This document shows positions 1 through 2,578 of a stretch of DNA of 2,578 nt, piece after piece (within the stretch, counting starts at the first letter, position 1; the number at the start of each line of letters is the position of its first letter). The DNA is taken from the NCBI GenBank assembly GCA_004321885.1, contig SCQK01000021.1:1-2578 (forward strand), in the 5' to 3' direction. The translations under genes and the position numbers were made by a program. The DNA comes from Patescibacteria group bacterium (lineage in GTDB: Bacteria; Patescibacteriota; Patescibacteriia; Magasanikbacterales; GWA2-37-8). Under the pieces are notes generated by a model that did no database searches, had not been told where the DNA came from, and saw nothing but the letters and a program-made list of their open reading frames with translations.

Positions 1-133
1 CCTAATTGATTACTTTCTATATATTGATAACACTCAACTGTTGCTTGATTTCGGATGCAGTATTATTTTAACAGATATGAGCGCATTAGTCAATTTCGTA
101 GGGTGAATTCTCACCCTGACTGCACAGCGGTTT

Positions 134-149
134 GCAGGCTAATTGCACA
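134..149. repeat. Candidate IS left inverted repeat core (IRL)
   Basis: It is the reverse complement of 1131..1146 at 13 of 16 positions. It contains the motif GCTAATTGCACAG, which resembles the GCTAAT-N-CAGG copies at 1143, 1463 and 1542. Confidence 0.4.
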
Positions 150-171
150 GGCCATTTTCTCACTGGATACT
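143..171 (+). promoter_or_regulatory. Sigma70-like promoter inside IRL (TTGCAC-N17-GATACT) that would drive the transposase, possibly as a leaderless mRNA.
   Basis: The -35 TTGCAC is at 143..148 and the -10 GATACT at 166..171 with a 17-nt spacer. The predicted TSS at about 178-179 coincides with ATG 179. There is no SD in the 20 nt before ATG 179. IS30-family promoters are known to lie in the left IR. Confidence 0.35.
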
Positions 172-178
172 CCGATGC

Positions 179-1126
179 ATGTCACATACACACATTGGAA
201 AGGAGGATTGGTCGTGCATTGCCCGCATGCTGAAAGCGGGGCACGGTTTTTCAGAAATAGCCCGCACACTCGGGAAGCACCCGAGCGCCTTGAGTCGGCA
301 TGTACGTGCACATGGCGAACGGGAAGGATATGACGTTCGCGAGGTGCGCCGCACCAAGCGCATGAAACGGATCGCGGCCATGAAAGGCATCCGCGTCGTG
401 AAAAGCGCACTCCTGCGTTTCGTCACACAGGAGCTCCAGGATCATAAATCCCCGGAGCAGATATCGGGGATCCTGGCGCGAAGGCATATCACGCTTGCCG
501 CAAGCACGATATATCGGTATCTCAATGAGCGGGCACCGCATCTGAAACGGTATCTGCGATCACACAAAGGCAAGTATCGCAGGAGGCGAGGCGCCAAACA
601 GAGAGAAAAGGCCAGAGAAGAAGCAAAGAAGCGCCGCATTGACGAGCGGCCGGATGTCGTAATCCGCCGAGGGCGGATTGGGGACTTTGAGGGAGATACT
701 CTGATGGGTCGGGACAAGCGAGTGCGTATTGTATCGTTCGTCGATCGCAGGAGCGGATATCTCATCGCTTTCCTCCTGCCCAAGATGAACGCACGGCTTC
801 TGACAGACCTTGCCCTTTCGCATTTCCGGCGTATTGCATACAAGAAAAGAAAAACGATCACTTTCGACAACGGCACGGAATTCAGCGACTGGGAGCGGCT
901 CGAAGCACGCTCCGGCATGACCGTATATTTTGCGTATCCGTATCATGCCTGGGAACGGGGAACGAATGAGAATACAAATGGGCTCCTGCGCCAATACCTC
1001 CCCAAATCGCTCGACTTCAACACCATCACTCCCGGAGAATTGGCCTGCGTTGTTCGCAAGCTCAACCGGCGAGAGCGCAAGCGTCTCAAATTCCTCAGTC
1101 CCGAAACTGTGTTCCGGCGAAAATGA
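179..1126 (+). CDS. IS30-family DDE transposase. The ORF track starts at TTG 143, but ATG 179 fits the family N-terminus better.
   Basis: The translation matches the IS30 transposase (InsI) pattern. There is an N-terminal HTH ([35 protein letters not shown], compare IS30 EEKASVFELWKNGTGFSEIANILG). It has SPEQISGIL (IS30 SPEQISGWL) and DFEGDTL (IS30 HWEGDLV). The DDE region reads TFDNGTEF ... [31 protein letters not shown] (IS30 [27 protein letters not shown]), and the C-terminus is [12 protein letters not shown] (IS30 RPRKTLKFKTPKE). Similarity was recognised by eye from memory of the family, not by a search. Confidence 0.9.
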   Translation: [315 protein letters not shown]

Positions 1127-1130
1127 AAAT

Positions 1131-1146
1131 TGTGCGATTAGAGTGC
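1131..1146. repeat. Candidate IS right inverted repeat core (IRR)
   Basis: It is the inverted match of 134..149 and lies 5 nt after the transposase stop codon, as is typical for IS30-family elements. Confidence 0.4.
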
Positions 1147-1177
1147 TAATCCAGGAGTCGCCGAATTTTTTGAGCGA

Positions 1178-1224
1178 GGACGGCTCGGCAGGAGGGGGTG
1201 AGGGGAAGGAATGCCGAGCCGTCC
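1178..1224. repeat. Perfect 13-bp GC-rich stem (GGACGGCTCGGCA / TGCCGAGCCGTCC) around a 21-nt G-tract loop, flanked by direct GAGCGA hexamers.
   Basis: 1178..1190 is the exact reverse complement of 1212..1224. The loop 1191..1211 is GGAGGGGGTGAGGGGAAGGAA. GAGCGA sits at 1172..1177 and 1225..1230. Confidence 0.8.
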
Positions 1225-1240
1225 GAGCGAATCCCGCCGC

Positions 1241-1257
1241 CCGCGCCGAAGGCGCGG
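1241..1257. repeat. 7-bp perfect GC hairpin CCGCGCC-GAA-GGCGCGG
   Basis: Direct reading: the stem is 1241..1247 / 1251..1257 with loop GAA. Confidence 0.7.
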
Positions 1258-1260
1258 AGA

Positions 1261-1347
1261 GCCTCGCAGAAAAATTGCCTCTCATCTTTTGATTTTGCGC
1301 GCGCCCGATTTTTCTTTTTAGAAGGTAAGGCAATTTTTCTGCGAGGC
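1261..1347. repeat. Perfect 19-bp inverted repeat (GCCTCGCAGAAAAATTGCC ... GGCAATTTTTCTGCGAGGC) with a 49-nt spacer containing an alternating GCGCGCGC tract.
   Basis: 1261..1279 is the exact reverse complement of 1329..1347. The spacer 1280..1328 contains GATTTT-GCGCGCGC-CCGATTTTT. Confidence 0.85.
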
Positions 1348-1348
1348 A

Positions 1349-1395
1349 CAGCCGCCGCTTTGCGGCGGCTGGTCAGCGTAGATTTCGCTTTTTTG
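1349..1395 (+). terminator. 10-bp GC stem-loop (CAGCCGCCGC-TTT-GCGGCGGCTG) followed by a small 4-bp stem and a T6 run. It is terminator-like on the + strand, but the T-run is offset.
   Basis: The stem is 1349..1358 / 1362..1371 with loop TTT. AGCG(1375..1378)...CGCT(1386..1389) is followed by TTTTTT 1389..1394. On the minus strand no U-run follows the hairpin. Confidence 0.4.
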
Positions 1396-1420
1396 ATTTG
1401 TGTATCAGATTTGGTAAAAT
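1393..1420 (+). promoter_or_regulatory. Sigma70-like promoter TTGATT-N16-TAAAAT oriented toward the SET-domain gene
   Basis: The -35 is at 1393..1398 and the -10 at 1415..1420 with a 16-nt spacer, in AT-rich DNA directly after the terminator-like structure. It would give a leader of about 150 nt containing the repeated motif copies. Confidence 0.3.
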
Positions 1421-1462
1421 AATTTCAAAAGTTTGAGGATGTTCTAAATACGCAGTCAGCTC

Positions 1463-1576
1463 ATGCTAATTCAGGAGAACAAGACACCTACGGTGCTAAG
1501 GCGACCAGGATGCGTTCGAACAGCAGCGCCCCAGCACGCGTATGCTAAGTCAGGTGACTGAGATACCTCAATATAA
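1463..1576 (+). repeat. Two imperfect ~35-bp direct repeats (1463..1497 and 1542..1576) sharing the core ATGCTAA(T/G)TCAGG(A/T)G, with a degenerate third copy at 1493..1510.
   Basis: ATGCTAATTCAGGAGAACAAGACACCTAC aligned by eye against ATGCTAAGTCAGGTGACTGAGATACCTCA gives about 24 of 31 matches. The core also occurs at 1143..1157 (GTGCTAATCCAGGAG, inside the IRR region) and resembles 136..150. Confidence 0.6.
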
Positions 1577-1577
1577 A

Positions 1578-2108
1578 ATGAACAAACAATATCTATCGCG
1601 TACTTGGGCTAATCCAAAACTCAAGGCCGAAAAATCTAAAATTCATGGTGACGGCGTTTTTACTAATGAAAGAATTTTGGAAGGAGAAAAAGTCATGGAA
1701 TTTGGAGGCGAATTGATTTCAAGAGAACAAGCGCTTTCGGGAAAGTATAGAAGCCGTTCTATCTGGATAGTGGGTGCAGATCGTTATTTGGCGTTGCCCA
1801 AAAGCGACAATCAAGAAAGTCTAGACGAAAATCTTAATCACTCTTGTGATGCCAACACGCGGCTTATTGATGAAGTCACCATCGTCGCAAAAAGAGACAT
1901 AGAAGCGGGGGGAGAAATAACTTTAGACCAAGGCACGTGGAATTTTGAAGATATCGCGTACACCGACAATAAAGAACCATGTTCTTGCGGAGCAAAAGAT
2001 TGTCGGAAAATTTTAACGGAAAACGATTGGAAAATTTCAAGCGTCCGGGAAAAATACAAAGGTCATTTCCATCCGATGATTCAAAAGATGATTGATGTTG
2101 GTGCGTAA
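1578..2108 (+). CDS. SET-domain protein (lysine methyltransferase family) with a post-SET Cys cluster. An alternative start is ATG 1542.
   Basis: SET motifs are present. IHGDGVFT is a GxG-type AdoMet pocket. EFGGELIS matches the EYxGEVI motif. NHSCDAN is a variant of the canonical NHSCxPN pseudoknot motif. GGEITLDQG aligns to GEELTFDYG. The post-SET motif CSCGAKDC is C-x-C-x4-C. The size (~176 aa) is typical of compact bacterial and viral SET proteins. There is no SD before either ATG. Confidence 0.8.
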   Translation: MNKQYLSRTWANPKLKAEKSKIHGDGVFTNERILEGEKVMEFGGELISREQALSGKYRSRSIWIVGADRYLALPKSDNQESLDENLNHSCDANTRLIDEVTIVAKRDIEAGGEITLDQGTWNFEDIAYTDNKEPCSCGAKDCRKILTENDWKISSVREKYKGHFHPMIQKMIDVGA

Positions 2109-2181
2109 GATCTTTAATCTTACCAGGACTCCTCAATAAGAGAAGGGAGACTATCCACAAAAAAGCCTTTTATAATAATCA

Positions 2182-2209
2182 TTGCAATAGATTAAAAAAT
2201 GAGTACAAT
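2182..2209 (+). promoter_or_regulatory. Sigma70-like promoter TTGCAA-N16-TACAAT immediately upstream of the HicB-like gene, in a near-leaderless configuration.
   Basis: The -35 is at 2182..2187 and the -10 at 2204..2209. The predicted TSS at about 2216 is 2 nt before ATG 2218. There is no SD. Confidence 0.35.
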
Positions 2210-2217
2210 AGAAGTAT

Positions 2218-2505
2218 ATGAAAAAATTTGCTCAAATTAATCTTACGGTCAATATACTTAAACAAGCCAGTCGATATATTGTTTATTCTCCTGCGTTGGA
2301 TTTATCTACTTCGGGTAGATCCGAGGTAGAAGCGAAAAAGCGCTTTGGCGAAGCCGCCATGCTTTTGATTGAAGAACTAGACAGGGCAGGAACGCTTAAC
2401 GATGTTTTGCGAGAATTGGGATGGCGGCATGCACAAAAACAGTGGTTGCCGCCCAAGATTGTCTCTCAAGAAGCGGTTGGGGTTCGGGTACCGGTTGCCG
2501 CGTAA
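2218..2505 (+). CDS. HicB-like (UPF0150, RNase-H-like fold) antitoxin-family small protein
   Basis: YIVYSPALDLSTSGRSEVEAKKRFGEAAMLLIEEL fits the HicB N-domain pattern Y.V..PDLPG..tqG.T.EEA..na.EAl.l.lE. It is followed 4 nt later by a HicA-like start. There is no obvious RHH or HTH DNA-binding tail. Confidence 0.5.
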   Translation: MKKFAQINLTVNILKQASRYIVYSPALDLSTSGRSEVEAKKRFGEAAMLLIEELDRAGTLNDVLRELGWRHAQKQWLPPKIVSQEAVGVRVPVAA

Positions 2506-2509
2506 CTGA

Positions 2510-2578
2510 CATGAGCGAGATTGATTCAATTCACTGGAAAAAATTTGAAAAATTTATCTTGAAAATCGGGTGCGAATT
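2510..2578 (+). CDS. 5' fragment of a HicA/YcfA-like mRNA-interferase-family gene, truncated by the window end
   Basis: MSEIDSIHWKKFEKFILKIGCE resembles the HicA N-terminus (K.LIKLLEKnGw/f.l). The ATG is 4 nt after the upstream stop. Only 23 codons are visible. Confidence 0.4.

Larger units (their letters stand above)
106..1167 (+). mobile_element. IS30-family insertion sequence. Boundaries are approximate; the right end could instead lie near 1400 or 1560.
   Basis: GC content rises sharply at about 105 relative to the AT-rich DNA at 1..100. Candidate terminal inverted repeats are 134..149 GCAGGCTAATTGCACA and the reverse complement of 1131..1146 TGTGCGATTAGAGTGC, matching 13 of 16. The outer ends are AATTC (106..110) and GAATT (1163..1167). 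The full arms align only with about 7 nt of indels, so the exact termini are uncertain. Confidence 0.45.

Noticed and set aside
179-333. Programmed +1 frameshift in the transposase (internal SD plus out-of-frame GTG)
   Set aside because: IS30-family transposases are translated as a single ORF. The SD-like sequence is simply the codons for KED in the HTH, and the +1 ORF has no conserved features.
55-918. Overlapping ORFs 55..333(+), 111..410(-), 160..426(-), 251..541(-) and 442..918(-)
   Set aside because: All lie within alternative frames or the antisense strand of the transposase gene. They have no family resemblance and low-complexity Arg/Ser-rich translations.
560-1333. 257-aa ORF on the minus strand
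   Set aside because: It is entirely antisense to the well-supported IS30-family transposase and runs on into the palindromic region. Long antisense ORFs are expected in GC-rich coding DNA, it has no recognisable motifs, and its composition is biased to Arg/Ala/Ser.
1349-1371. Canonical rho-independent terminator for the minus strand
   Set aside because: Read on the minus strand, the GC hairpin is followed by GTGCCTCGCAG, not a U-run. Only the + strand has a downstream T6, and that is offset by about 18 nt, so even the + strand call is tentative.
930-1422. ORFs 930..1292(+), 1198..1422(+) and 1146..1349(-) across the hairpin module
   Set aside because: They read straight through perfect palindromes, so both strands give open frames. 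The translations are Gly/Ala/Arg-rich with no motifs, and the region is better explained as structured non-coding DNA.
1143-1576. Possible CRISPR-like array from the repeated GCTAAT-N-CAGG motif
   Set aside because: The copies are irregularly spaced (320 bp, 30 bp and 49 bp apart), imperfect, and only 15-35 bp long with no constant spacer length. They are better explained as IS-end-related repeats.
1838-2160. Minus-strand ORFs 1838..2059 and 1876..2160
   Set aside because: They are antisense to the SET-domain CDS, which has clear family motifs. AT-rich antisense frames with no recognisable domains.

Overview
This 2.6-kb window is an accessory-type junction. A GC-rich (~55%) IS30-family insertion sequence with an intact DDE transposase gene (179..1126, +) sits in an AT-rich (~35-40% GC) backbone. 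The region just 3' of the transposase (about 1170..1395) is packed with perfect GC-rich hairpins and no convincing coding potential. It includes a 13-bp stem with a G-tract loop, a 19-bp perfect inverted repeat with a 49-nt spacer, and a 10-bp stem followed by a T-run. Downstream, in AT-rich DNA, come three genes. The first is a compact bacterial SET-domain protein-lysine methyltransferase homolog (1578..2108, +) with NHSC and post-SET Cys motifs, but a Gln appears where the conserved catalytic Tyr normally is. The second is a small HicB-like (UPF0150, RNase-H-fold) antitoxin-like gene (2218..2505, +). The third is the 5' end of a HicA/YcfA-like gene (2510..end, truncated by the window). A short motif (GCTAAT-N-CAGG) recurs at the IS left end, the IS right end and twice upstream of the SET gene, suggesting IS-end remnants or transposase-binding sites. 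All other ORFs in the six-frame track look like antisense or overlap artefacts of the GC-rich transposase region.
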